Of a DNA stretch of 64,000 bases, positions 9,560 to 18,247 are shown one piece after another. The stretch is taken from IMG/VR virus record IMGVR_UViG_3300027805_000006; one strand, given 5' to 3'. This DNA comes from a virus. Its lineage: Duplodnaviria > Caudoviricetes. The stretch's first letter is position 1. The number at the start of each line of letters is the position of its first letter. A program made the position numbers and the translations under genes. The notes beneath the pieces were generated by a model. It saw only the letters and a list, made by a program, of their open reading frames with translations. It did not search any database and had not been told where the DNA came from.

Positions 9560-9793
9560 TTAGCGGTTAGCCTTGACCTTGCGGGCTTCAGAAGATAGAA
9601 ATATTGCCCATTCGTTGAGCCGTTGTGTCTTATCAAGGGCTCTTGTCAGTTTTTCTACGTGGCGCACAAGAGTTTGATTTTCGGGAGTTACTTGTTGATC
9701 AGCCGCAGAGATGATGCTTAAGATCTCTTCGTCTGAGAGTTCATTAACGTACTGTTCAACTACGCCCATTTTAGTTACCTGCAAATCGCGCAA
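9560..9793 (-). CDS. hypothetical protein
   Basis: ORF in gene series. Confidence 0.55.
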   Translation of the reverse strand: MRDLQVTKMGVVEQYVNELSDEEILSIISAADQQVTPENQTLVRHVEKLTRALDKTQRLNEWAIFLSSEARKVKANR

Positions 9794-10208
9794 TTTCCTT
9801 ATCGTCGTCGATATAAGAAAAGTTACTTCTATTTACTTCAATTAGGTTTTTACGTGATAATTGCTCTAATGCAACGAACATAATTGTGGCACTTAAACCT
9901 GATGCAAAATCTTCAGTATTAAAGATTGATTTTCCTTCACCCAATTGAAGAACTACAGAAAGAGCACCAAGGTCATGCATCGCGGCTTGAGCATCCTCTG
10001 ATAACTGGTCCGAGTATTTGTTGGACGCAACAATGGCATCACACAGTGTTGAAAGATATTTCAGGTCGGAATCTGGTAGATTTTCAAAGAACTCACCGGG
10101 AAGAAGGTACGTTTTGCTCTTTACAGTAAAGGCAGCCATCTTCACCACTGATGATATGTTACTATCACCCACGATATTATCAAGATTGACATACATGACT
10201 TCATCCAT
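9771..10208 (-). CDS. hypothetical protein
   Basis: ORF; MDEVMY start at 10208 preferred. Confidence 0.6.
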   Translation of the reverse strand: MDEVMYVNLDNIVGDSNISSVVKMAAFTVKSKTYLLPGEFFENLPDSDLKYLSTLCDAIVASNKYSDQLSEDAQAAMHDLGALSVVLQLGEGKSIFNTEDFASGLSATIMFVALEQLSRKNLIEVNRSNFSYIDDDKEIARFAGN

Positions 10209-10219
10209 TTGCTGCTCCT

Positions 10220-10684
10220 TCAATCGTGCGAACATTCTTCTGTCTGAATACCATTCTTCGTAACTATCACCTTGCAGTGGTCACCAAAGGTAGTTTTCAG
10301 AATCGGGAGCAGCCCTTCATTTTCAATGATTTGTTTCAATTCATCGCACAGCGCAGTATTGAAAATGAAGTCCTTGCTTTCATAGCCAGTATAAACCTGT
10401 GCATCTTCGTATTTACCTTCATATTCACCCCAACGAATATTTTCCGGGTCAGGAACGTTGGTAAAGCAAACAGATTCTCCAACCTGAAAGACACATTCGC
10501 TTCCATCATTAAAGTACGGGGTATATTGAGACCACACGATTGCTCGAACCTTTGGATTTTGTCCAAAGAACTCCTTGAACATATCTTTCAGATTTTCACT
10601 GGCTTCTTTTTCAAACTTTGCATAAAATTCTTGATACTCCTGTAGGAGTACGTTATACCGATTAATAAATTTATTCATTATCAT
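10220..10684 (-). CDS. conserved phage hypothetical protein
   Basis: WSQYTPYFNDG.C.F motif. Confidence 0.7.
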   Translation of the reverse strand: MIMNKFINRYNVLLQEYQEFYAKFEKEASENLKDMFKEFFGQNPKVRAIVWSQYTPYFNDGSECVFQVGESVCFTNVPDPENIRWGEYEGKYEDAQVYTGYESKDFIFNTALCDELKQIIENEGLLPILKTTFGDHCKVIVTKNGIQTEECSHD

Positions 10685-10919
10685 TCTCCATTAGGTATTC
10701 GCCTTCTGCCAATTCACAAATCTCAAAGAAGGGAGTTCTCCTAATTGCTGGACTATCTGGTAGGTCAGACCATACGTTGTTCCAAAAAGTGCAGACATCC
10801 TCAGGAGTTTTAATGCTTCGCTTAAACATCTCAAGATTGTATGCAACAATATCAACGTAGTAATCTTCTTTTTCTACCGTGCAAAGAAGACCTTGGTGGC
10901 GTGAAAGAATATCATTCAT
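10671..10919 (-). CDS. hypothetical protein
   Basis: Overlap-coupled ORF. Confidence 0.6.
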   Translation of the reverse strand: MNDILSRHQGLLCTVEKEDYYVDIVAYNLEMFKRSIKTPEDVCTFWNNVWSDLPDSPAIRRTPFFEICELAEGEYLMENDNE

Positions 10920-11098
10920 ACCACATCACCTTTCATCTCATCTGGAACTAGAGAAACCTTTTCTGCGGGAAGTGCAAGACAGGAAGTATCAATGATAGGA
11001 ACATCTTCCCATGTTTCACCATGAAAAAATTGAAGAACTTTTTCTGGACCATCCCACCCGGGTCGGACAATCCAGCGCAGCTTAATAATTCCTTGCAT
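10916..11098 (-). CDS. hypothetical protein
   Basis: Overlap-coupled ORF. Confidence 0.55.
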   Translation of the reverse strand: MQGIIKLRWIVRPGWDGPEKVLQFFHGETWEDVPIIDTSCLALPAEKVSLVPDEMKGDVV

Positions 11099-11099
11099 G

Positions 11100-11954
11100 T
11101 CAAATCTCCACGATTTTTGGATAGAAAGGGTCTATCTCTTGACCTCCTCTTTCGTAACCAACATATCCGCGCGGGTTACACACAACCCTGCACTCGCCAA
11201 TTTCATAGTCTGAATCGTTGTGCATGTGGCCATGAACCCAAAGTTTAATCTGTGGTCGGTCAAGAATGAATTCACTTAGGTCAGAGAAGTACGCGCCATT
11301 CACAAGATGCTCGTGCTTGTACTTTTCATGTACGCTCAGCGAACTAGGAGCCATATGACTAATCACTGCTATCTTGTGGTCTTTACGATCGTCAATTATT
11401 GCTTTGAAGTAATCCAAAGTTTCTTTGTGCCGTTGCATAGTATGAGCAGGTCTAAGTTTTGTGTATCCCTGCCCATCATGTCTAATCATACGATAATCGT
11501 TCATCATATCAGCAACTGCGTGGAGAGTAAGAGGGTCTCCACGATTCATGTCTGTCCATAGTGTCCCTCCTACGAACGTAACATCAGCAAAAGTGAAGAT
11601 GTCACGTTCTAGAAAATGGACATTTGGATACGCAGCATATTCTTCACGAAGAGTTTCAATGCTTTGTAGCCACTTACCATGATACAACTCATGGTTACCT
11701 GCAACGACAATTACATGTGGAAATTGAAAACTCACTCGACTGATAAAGTGGCGGTATTCAATAGCCTTTCGCTGCCTTGACCCCATTGCGTTTAGGACGT
11801 CGAGCGAATATGAAATGTCTGTTCTCGCGTGACGGTGGAGTTCATCAGCAACAAGAATATCACCTGCAAGCACAAGCACATCTGCACCCTCAGCATTAAT
11901 AATGCTTAAGTCACCTATCTCTAGGTGCAGGTCAGAACAGATTGCTAGTTTCAC
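11100..11954 (-). CDS. calcineurin-like metallophosphoesterase
   Basis: SDLH, LAGD, GNHE, HM, HGHMH motifs; GTG start. Confidence 0.9.
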   Translation of the reverse strand: MKLAICSDLHLEIGDLSIINAEGADVLVLAGDILVADELHRHARTDISYSLDVLNAMGSRQRKAIEYRHFISRVSFQFPHVIVVAGNHELYHGKWLQSIETLREEYAAYPNVHFLERDIFTFADVTFVGGTLWTDMNRGDPLTLHAVADMMNDYRMIRHDGQGYTKLRPAHTMQRHKETLDYFKAIIDDRKDHKIAVISHMAPSSLSVHEKYKHEHLVNGAYFSDLSEFILDRPQIKLWVHGHMHNDSDYEIGECRVVCNPRGYVGYERGGQEIDPFYPKIVEI

Positions 11955-12014
11955 GTATGTTTATAAAAAGTTAATAAAGTATATACTGGGTGTAACTTAT
12001 AGTGATTTTTTTAA

Positions 12015-12227
12015 TCACTCCACCTCGTCAGTACGCTCGCTACGGACAATATCGAGATTCATACGGAATAGATTGATGATGAGATATACAAGAACACTGG
12101 TTGCAGAACCGACCATTAGGATGTTTGTTGGAATAAAAAAGACTGCTGCGCTGACGGCTAGAGCGGCCAGCACTGCAATAAGTAGAGGAGCAGCAGTGCG
12201 AATAGCGGCTTCCTTGATATCAGACAT
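12015..12227 (-). CDS. small membrane protein
   Basis: Two hydrophobic segments. Confidence 0.6.
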   Translation of the reverse strand: MSDIKEAAIRTAAPLLIAVLAALAVSAAVFFIPTNILMVGSATSVLVYLIINLFRMNLDIVRSERTDEVE

Positions 12228-12418
12228 TTTCAGTTCCTTTCAGAAGTTTGCTTTGATAAGATGCATTATAACATAAAAAGGTGTGCTGGATACATTAATT
12301 TGTAACTAAATGTAATTTACTGATGAGTTAAAACTCTTTAGGAGACCAGACCTTTGTACAAGTGTTTAGAAATCATTCAATATCGCAAAACGAATAACTT
12401 AATCTAATGATATAGACT

Positions 12419-12562
12419 TCAACCCGGTCCCGTAAAGATAGCAGCAGCCCCGTATTGACCTTCTAGTATCATACGGGCTTGAACAACATTCTCGGCTTGA
12501 ACGGTAACTTTAAAAGTACCTCCCGTGCGGGGGTCTCTAATCCACGCGGTATATGTGTTCAT
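12419..12562 (-). CDS. 47-aa hypothetical protein (below track cutoff)
   Basis: Own translation MNTYTAWIRDPRTGG...; GGAG RBS. Confidence 0.55.
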   Translation of the reverse strand: MNTYTAWIRDPRTGGTFKVTVQAENVVQARMILEGQYGAAAIFTGPG

Positions 12563-12721
12563 TTCAACTCCTATTCAGCACAGCCTGTAGAGCATACACG
12601 GCGTCATGTGTAGTAAAGAGTATAACATCATTTTCAATTACTGTATAGAGATTAGGTTGAATCTCATTGAGTTCATTCACGGTTTTTTCAACTTTGAGAA
12701 CTACGGTTTCGGTTTGTGTTT

Positions 12722-12958
12722 TCATTCTTCAACTCCGAAATGTTCTCTTATAATCTCTGCACCAGAAATACCGTAGTCATTAACACGCAGGTTTTTAACT
12801 TGTTCAGCACATTTCCTGATCAACAACTCGGCGAACTTTTGGTTATACAGTTGAAACCACGCTTGGTTAAATGTATGGCGATCGGCTATACCCTCCGAAG
12901 CAATATCGTTGATAGGTTGAAATGCCTCTAGAGCAAGTTCTTTAATTCGTTCGTTCAT
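12722..12958 (-). CDS. MNER/FGVEE family mini-protein
   Basis: MNERIKELA...KFAELLIRKC...EHFGVEE. Confidence 0.75.
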   Translation of the reverse strand: MNERIKELALEAFQPINDIASEGIADRHTFNQAWFQLYNQKFAELLIRKCAEQVKNLRVNDYGISGAEIIREHFGVEE

Positions 12959-13197
12959 TTGCATTCTTCTTCATAAATTCTTGTCAGGTTTTTGAATACG
13001 TCCATAGCAGAATCGTTAGTCAAAACGTGAGCAGCCACCACGGTAATGATATCTTTGTAAATCAATCCGGCGAATCGTTGGGCACTGGCTTCACCTTGCC
13101 AATATACGGTAGGAGGATTGCCATCAAGTGCAGGATCACCATCGTAGTGGCGAGTTCCGTGTGCTTGGCGATATAGTTCTTTCAATCGTTCGTTCAT
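12955..13197 (-). CDS. MNER family mini-protein
   Basis: MNERLKELY...QRFAGLI; N-half shared with 15474..15719. Confidence 0.75.
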   Translation of the reverse strand: MNERLKELYRQAHGTRHYDGDPALDGNPPTVYWQGEASAQRFAGLIYKDIITVVAAHVLTNDSAMDVFKNLTRIYEEECK

Positions 13198-13454
13198 ACT
13201 AAGTTATCCTTTAACCACCCGATAACGGTCCATTGTTTTACAACAAAAGTTCCATCACCGAATACCGGATTAGCAAAATCGTTCAGAATTTCAAATGGAT
13301 TTTCCGGATCATCTAACCTAACACCATGCTGTTTACAGAAACCAATTAATTCATCTCTATCATAAAATATCTTGCTGGGACCATGGACACCAGGCATTTC
13401 AAAGTTGAATGATTTCCTCCATAATCCTATGTCTCTGGGATAAAAGGTAATCAT
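13194..13454 (-). CDS. hypothetical protein
   Basis: ATGA-coupled ORF. Confidence 0.6.
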   Translation of the reverse strand: MITFYPRDIGLWRKSFNFEMPGVHGPSKIFYDRDELIGFCKQHGVRLDDPENPFEILNDFANPVFGDGTFVVKQWTVIGWLKDNLV

Positions 13455-13681
13455 TCTTCAACTCCGAAATGTTCTTTAATCTTTGAACCAATCACCAACC
13501 CAGGACCTGACATTTTCGGTAGGTCATATGTAGAGGCAACATCGACACAATCCTTGATGATCAACTCTGCGAACTTGTCCATAAAGTTAACCTGTGTTTC
13601 CCAAGAATTGTTTTGCCCGCTTGGATAGGCGGCGGAGGCAGTAGCAGCCTTGTCCCAAAGTTCTTTAATTCGTTCGTTCAT
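13451..13681 (-). CDS. MNER/FGVEE family mini-protein
   Basis: MNERIKELW...KFAELIIKDC...EHFGVEE. Confidence 0.75.
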   Translation of the reverse strand: MNERIKELWDKAATASAAYPSGQNNSWETQVNFMDKFAELIIKDCVDVASTYDLPKMSGPGLVIGSKIKEHFGVEE

Positions 13682-13866
13682 TCTACCACCTCGAATGTAA
13701 TTTTGACCCTAGAACCCACTGGCAATTTGTCGCTGAACCAAAAGTAATCTTCGGGCAAATTGTTTTTAGAGTGATCAAACAATGCTTCAAGACGATTCAG
13801 GATTGGCAAGTTCCTTGCCGTTTCCTCATCATCGAACAAGGTCATTTCAAATTCTGCTTTCATCAT
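13678..13866 (-). CDS. hypothetical protein
   Basis: ATGA-coupled ORF. Confidence 0.55.
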   Translation of the reverse strand: MMKAEFEMTLFDDEETARNLPILNRLEALFDHSKNNLPEDYFWFSDKLPVGSRVKITFEVVE

Positions 13867-14018
13867 TCACTCCCTACCGTCTTCCCAAGTTCGATGGTAA
13901 CTTCTTGGCACTTGCCGTAATTGATGAAACTGCGCCGAACTTCATGCGCTTCTTCCAGTGTAGCGCAGGGCAAACGAGCAGTCTCGTCGTCCTGCAGGAT
14001 AACTACGGTGTAAGTCAT
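13863..14018 (-). CDS. 51-aa hypothetical protein (below track cutoff)
   Basis: Own translation MTYTVVILQDDE...; fills the gap with overlap coupling. Confidence 0.5.
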   Translation of the reverse strand: MTYTVVILQDDETARLPCATLEEAHEVRRSFINYGKCQEVTIELGKTVGSE

Positions 14019-14215
14019 CACCGATCTCCAATAATGTCCACTGACTTGACCAGTTGATCTCGGGAATCAACATATTCGCATTCTTCCTTGGAAACTGATC
14101 GAACAGCAATTCCCAAATCCAATTGCTTTTTGATAAATGCCGAGGCATCAGAGTAGTTGCGGAATGCTCGTTGTTGGTAGGGAACCGCACCATAGTTAAC
14201 TGTATATTGCTTCAT
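14018..14215 (-). CDS. hypothetical protein
   Basis: ATGA-coupled to an FGVEE gene. Confidence 0.6.
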   Translation of the reverse strand: MKQYTVNYGAVPYQQRAFRNYSDASAFIKKQLDLGIAVRSVSKEECEYVDSRDQLVKSVDIIGDR

Positions 14216-14457
14216 TCTTCAACTCCGAAAATTCTACGGATCTTGCCGCTGATTGCACTAGCGGTATCATCGCAGCCTTGCTCGTATGGCTCCATCTCCC
14301 CGTATTCAGCAGGACTGGTGCTATGATGTTCGGTCATAGCCAAAATCGCACATTCCTTCGCAATCAACTCGGCGAACTTTAACTTGTCTTCATTAGTCCA
14401 ATGAACTCCAACCTTTTCATTGAGGTTGTAGATCATTTGTTGAATTCGTTCGTTCAC
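14212..14457 (-). CDS. MNER/FGVEE family mini-protein
   Basis: GTG start; KFAELIAKEC...IFGVEE. Confidence 0.75.
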   Translation of the reverse strand: MNERIQQMIYNLNEKVGVHWTNEDKLKFAELIAKECAILAMTEHHSTSPAEYGEMEPYEQGCDDTASAISGKIRRIFGVEE

Positions 14458-14466
14458 AGCAGCTCC

Positions 14467-14727
14467 TTACATCGGGCGGAGGAGCGAGCCAGACACGTTC
14501 CAGTTGCCGTCAAGACCGCAGTTCACCGAGACCATCTTGATCTTGACCTTAGTGACAGTACCCGTAACGTCCTTGCCGAATCGCGAGCAGAAGAACTTGA
14601 CCTTCTGGCCGGCTTGGAACGATTGAGCTGCTTGCACGCTGCGAACCTTCATGATCTTGGCGATCTGAGCGTTCAGGCTGCGGAGTTCGGTAGAGGACAT
14701 TGCGTTGAGGGTTTTCATGTCGATCAT
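14467..14727 (-). CDS. small basic early protein (KOW/SH3-like C-terminus)
   Basis: Directly behind a promoter; AAGGA RBS; FQAGQKVKF...GTVTKV. Confidence 0.65.
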   Translation of the reverse strand: MIDMKTLNAMSSTELRSLNAQIAKIMKVRSVQAAQSFQAGQKVKFFCSRFGKDVTGTVTKVKIKMVSVNCGLDGNWNVSGSLLRPM

Positions 14728-14756
14728 TTTGTTTCCTTGCTTGATTTGATAGAACA

Positions 14757-14786
14757 ATTATATCAAGAAGTCAAATTGTTGTACAC
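14757..14786 (-). promoter_or_regulatory. early promoter GTGTAC-N18-TATAAT
   Basis: Part of a block duplicated at 14983-15066. Confidence 0.7.
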
Positions 14787-14805
14787 CAGTAGTTGACTAA
14801 AACAG

Positions 14806-14976
14806 TCACCTATACGAGCTGCTGTATTCCACAATAAAGCAAGAGGGAAAGATTGTGTAGAACATATCAGCCGCGTCAAAAAGATCCTTAGCAAAGATCG
14901 TGTAGTCGAACTTCACGACAGACTCAGGAACCATAGGATCGACCAACTCGCCGCCAACAAACTTGTACTCATTCAT
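14806..14976 (-). CDS. 56-aa early protein (below track cutoff)
   Basis: Own translation MNEYKFVGGELVD...; AAGGA RBS; own promoter. Confidence 0.6.
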   Translation of the reverse strand: MNEYKFVGGELVDPMVPESVVKFDYTIFAKDLFDAADMFYTIFPSCFIVEYSSSYR

Positions 14977-15007
14977 TTCGTGTTCCTTTGCTTGATTTGT
15001 TAGAACT

Positions 15008-15037
15008 ATTCTATCAAGAAAGTCAATTGTTGTACAC
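15008..15037 (-). promoter_or_regulatory. early promoter GTGTAC-N18-TAGAAT
   Basis: Paralogous to 14757-14786. Confidence 0.65.
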
Positions 15038-15070
15038 CGCGCAGAACAATAGTTGACTAAAACAGTACAC

Positions 15071-15241
15071 TTAGCCTAAGTTGTTGATTCTAAACGCTTT
15101 TTTCAGAATCGACGCATCCTGCAGAGCGGTGGACAAACGGTCCATGGTAGCGTATTCCAAACCATTACCTACATAAACAGCCGGCTTACCCATTTGCTTT
15201 ACAGCAAGACTTTGAATTTCATGCCACGGACAAACTTTCAT
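15071..15241 (-). CDS. 56-aa hypothetical protein (below track cutoff)
   Basis: MKVCPWHEIQ...; ATGA-coupled to an FGVEE gene. Confidence 0.55.
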   Translation of the reverse strand: MKVCPWHEIQSLAVKQMGKPAVYVGNGLEYATMDRLSTALQDASILKKAFRINNLG

Positions 15242-15477
15242 TCTTCAACTCCGAAATGTTCTTTCAAATCTGACACACAATGCATCCTGCCTGTATTGTA
15301 ATCGCTATTACCTACTCTGCTATTACAAACTTGAATACATTCCCTGACAATCAACTCGGCGTACTTTTCCATTTGTTCAGAACTGACCACATAGTCTCCT
15401 TCGTTCCAATCACTGGGTAATCCAAGAGGTTTCCACCAATCAGCCTGTTCAGCAAGTTCTCTAATTCGTTCGTTCAT
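15238..15477 (-). CDS. MNER/FGVEE family mini-protein
   Basis: 3' 130 bp identical to 18036-18165. Confidence 0.8.
   Translation of the reverse strand: MNERIRELAEQADWWKPLGLPSDWNEGDYVVSSEQMEKYAELIVRECIQVCNSRVGNSDYNTGRMHCVSDLKEHFGVEE
15242..15371. repeat. 130-bp exact direct repeat (second copy 18036-18165)
   Basis: Base-by-base comparison. Confidence 0.9.
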
Positions 15478-15719
15478 TCTTCAACTCCGAAATATTTCTT
15501 AATACGAAGGGCACATTCCATCTCTACAGTATCCCGAGGATCTGCTTTTTCCATGACACAAGCATGGACACATTCTTCAATCAACAGCTTGGCGAATCTT
15601 TGGGCACTGACCTCATCTTGCCAATATACGGTAGGAGGATTGCCATCAAGTGCAGGATCACCATCGTAGTGGCGAATGCTGTGGGATTGACGGTATAGTT
15701 CTTGAATTCGTTCGTTCAT
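15474..15719 (-). CDS. MNER/FGVEE family mini-protein
   Basis: True start MNERIQELY at 15719; the track extension overlaps another ORF. Confidence 0.75.
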   Translation of the reverse strand: MNERIQELYRQSHSIRHYDGDPALDGNPPTVYWQDEVSAQRFAKLLIEECVHACVMEKADPRDTVEMECALRIKKYFGVEE

Positions 15720-15895
15720 AAGAGCAACGATCCTTTCTTTTCGAGACTGACTTGATGTTCTTCCATAGTACGATTGACACATAAACCACCGTCGTACAGA
15801 AGTGGTTGCCCAATCCAGCCCAACCATTCACAAGAATTTGGAGTGAATTTGCGACCGGTTGTGTTCCAGGCTTGCTTGAATTCTTCGTTCATCAT
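15716..15895 (-). CDS. 59-aa hypothetical protein (below track cutoff)
   Basis: MMNEEFKQAW...; ATGA overlaps at both ends. Confidence 0.55.
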   Translation of the reverse strand: MMNEEFKQAWNTTGRKFTPNSCEWLGWIGQPLLYDGGLCVNRTMEEHQVSLEKKGSLLL

Positions 15896-16065
15896 TCAAC
15901 TCCGAAATGTTCAAGAATGCTACTTGCCTCTGACCTTCGGGAAACTTGATCGGCACATTCCCTGACAATCAACTCAGCGAACTTCTCAAGTTTAGTAGGA
16001 ACTCCGTTAGGATTATGTACTAACAAGCCAGCTTCATTGGCAAGTTCTCTAATTCGTTCGTTCAT
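15892..16065 (-). CDS. MNER/FGVE family mini-protein, 57 aa (not in track)
   Basis: MNERIRELANEAG...EKFAELIVREC...EHFGVE. Confidence 0.8.
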   Translation of the reverse strand: MNERIRELANEAGLLVHNPNGVPTKLEKFAELIVRECADQVSRRSEASSILEHFGVE

Positions 16066-16430
16066 TCTTTAACCCCATCAGTGAACATTTGTTCTTCTAG
16101 TTGTGCTAAAAGTGTTCTAACTCTTTGCGTGTCTTCATCATATAGAGCGCTGCGCATTTCGATGATTAGTGGTCTAAACTCGCCAAACACTTCCTCAACC
16201 ATCGCTCGCTTAACTGAAAAAATCATTTCATGATATGCATCTGCGACCAACCCCTCTTCTAGCCAGCAGCTTGTCTCTAATTTAACGCCTATTTTATATT
16301 TTTTTGCTAGTCGGAGATGATCTGCTTCTGAAACAGTTCTGGATACATCAAGATAATTTAGTTTCAGATTGCGCGCCGCCTTAACATCACCAGTTAAAGT
16401 CGCGTTAATTACTTTTGCTAATTTACTCAT
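16062..16430 (-). CDS. hypothetical protein
   Basis: ORF ending GVKE, coupled to an MNER gene. Confidence 0.65.
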   Translation of the reverse strand: MSKLAKVINATLTGDVKAARNLKLNYLDVSRTVSEADHLRLAKKYKIGVKLETSCWLEEGLVADAYHEMIFSVKRAMVEEVFGEFRPLIIEMRSALYDEDTQRVRTLLAQLEEQMFTDGVKE

Positions 16431-16572
16431 GAAATTTTCACCTTTTTAGAGTTCTGAATTATACAAATAGACACAGATTTTTTTGCAGTATTAGAATGCT
16501 TACAGCACCAATCTGCATACTTAGTGCCTACTGCACCTACATTGTGGTGCAAACACCCTTTACAGTGTTTAT

Positions 16573-17421
16573 TCATTTAATGACCTCAATATTAGTAAAG
16601 CCGCGACACTTCTTGCCGTGATACTTGTACGAATCAATAGTAGAGCCGTATCGCTTGAAGGCTTCTAGAGGATCTTCTCCGTATGCTATTTCAACAGAGT
16701 GACCCATAGTTCCGCCTTTCCACGATCCTTTATTATAACCTGTTTCTTTTGAGAATTCAAGGTCTAATGTGTACTTGATCAAGGGCTTCCTGATATAGCC
16801 TAGCCACTTGCACCATCCAATGCCATGACGCCACATTCGTTTTGAGATGTAGCATGTTGCAATAATCTCTTCGCCGTCATAGTCATTGAAACGGAACCTG
16901 ATCTTGTTTACGGCTTGTCTGATTTTACGTTGTTCTTCCCAGTCAGTCCTGCCATTCTTGTCGGCAAGGATAGCATATGATGACCACTCGGGTGTGAAGA
17001 ATTCTTCGTGTTGAAATGTCATGTTCTTCCAAGGGATCCAGACAACCTTCGTGTGGTCAGAGTTCTTCTTATCTCTTGAAGACCAAGATCCGGGTTGAAT
17101 ACCGTAATTGATGTGAACAGAGTCTTCTGTAATAGAGATTCCATACTGGCGTTGGGTGTAGTCCCAATAACCACCTGATGGACTCTTTGACCACGATTCC
17201 TTTGACGTGTCTATCCACTTCTTGCGAGGCTTGAACAACTCGGGAATCCGAAACCACCAAGAGTGCCCAAAGATTGCAACGTGGAGATTACAGTAATTTG
17301 TTCTGGAATGACCGCTTTCATAGTACTCATGGGGATTGGATATAGTCAGTGCGAATGACCAAAAGTCATTCTTTGCATACTCTTTCAACTTAAACAACAT
17401 AAAAGTTCCAGTCAATCTCAA
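16573..17421 (-). CDS. Trp/aromatic-rich hypothetical protein
   Basis: 282-aa ORF; start uncertain. Confidence 0.7.
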   Translation of the reverse strand: MRLTGTFMLFKLKEYAKNDFWSFALTISNPHEYYESGHSRTNYCNLHVAIFGHSWWFRIPELFKPRKKWIDTSKESWSKSPSGGYWDYTQRQYGISITEDSVHINYGIQPGSWSSRDKKNSDHTKVVWIPWKNMTFQHEEFFTPEWSSYAILADKNGRTDWEEQRKIRQAVNKIRFRFNDYDGEEIIATCYISKRMWRHGIGWCKWLGYIRKPLIKYTLDLEFSKETGYNKGSWKGGTMGHSVEIAYGEDPLEAFKRYGSTIDSYKYHGKKCRGFTNIEVIK

Positions 17422-17686
17422 TGAAATTATTAGCAGATTCTATAATTTTTAATTGCTGCTCAATCTCAAATATGTCAGACCTTTCTTGCCATGTCCCAAC
17501 CTTATACCCGTGAATGTTTCGAAGTCCTCGCAGTCTTTCAGCTGTACTAATATAGACAATTTCCTGACTATAAACTGTAAGACCTGCGTCAATCATCTTC
17601 TGCGCAAGAGTTGCTCTAAACTGGTTAAACTGTTCATTATTTCCAGCAATCACATAAATCTTTTCTGAGTTAAACATCCTTGTCAT
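17390..17686 (-). CDS. hypothetical protein
   Basis: ORF in gene series. Confidence 0.55.
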   Translation of the reverse strand: MTRMFNSEKIYVIAGNNEQFNQFRATLAQKMIDAGLTVYSQEIVYISTAERLRGLRNIHGYKVGTWQERSDIFEIEQQLKIIESANNFIEIDWNFYVV

Positions 17687-17700
17687 CTCCCGTATCTAAT

Positions 17701-18036
17701 TTAGCAAGTCACTTTTGTGGGGCAATTATGCCGTGGGCAAACATATCCCATAACTTCTCCATTTGTCCCAATGCCGCATACTGAGCAACCTCTAGAATAT
17801 TGTGGGTGAAGAACAATATTCGGCTTGCCCTTGGGAAGCAGCATATTAATTGTGAGCATATATTCTTCTAGTCGCTGCTTAAGAAATTCAATTTCATCTC
17901 GGTACATTCTTCCTGCTTCATTATGACCACATTGATATACTCTTTCTAACAATGGCGCTAGTAAAGCTGCTCCGGGATACCCGCCATCCTCTAATCCCTT
18001 GATAGCTTGATCTACAATATCTTGCTTATGACTCAT
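17701..18036 (-). CDS. protein with C-terminal CxxC...CxxxxC module
   Basis: CSVCGIGTNGEVMGYVCPRHNCPTK; paralogue of 23479..23769. Confidence 0.65.
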   Translation of the reverse strand: MSHKQDIVDQAIKGLEDGGYPGAALLAPLLERVYQCGHNEAGRMYRDEIEFLKQRLEEYMLTINMLLPKGKPNIVLHPQYSRGCSVCGIGTNGEVMGYVCPRHNCPTKVTC

Positions 18037-18244
18037 CTTCAACTCCGAAATGTTCTTTCAAATCTGACACACAATGCATCCTGCCTGTATTGTAATCGCT
18101 ATTACCTACTCTGCTATTACAAACTTGAATACATTCCCTGACAATCAACTCGGCGTACTTTTCCAACACTAACTCCAAAAGGATACCTTCTTGTTCAAAG
18201 GCATGTTTGGCACCTTTAGCCAGTTCTTGTATTCGTTCGTTCAT
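18026..18244 (-). CDS. MNER/FGVE family mini-protein (chimera of two other members)
   Basis: 5' half identical to 18832..19071; 3' half identical to 15238..15477. Confidence 0.8.
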   Translation of the reverse strand: MNERIQELAKGAKHAFEQEGILLELVLEKYAELIVRECIQVCNSRVGNSDYNTGRMHCVSDLKEHFGVEDES

Positions 18245-18247
18245 TTT
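18141..18247. repeat. 107-bp exact direct repeat (second copy 18968-19074)
   Basis: Base-by-base comparison. Confidence 0.9.

Noticed and set aside
12290-12720. tRNA or structured ncRNA in the apparent intergenic gap
   Set aside because: No cloverleaf or T-loop consensus found; the gap holds a 47-aa ORF and promoter-like motifs.
15720-15827. N-terminal extension of ORF 15474..15827
   Set aside because: Overlaps a coupled 59-aa ORF (15716..15895); the family start MNER is at 15719.
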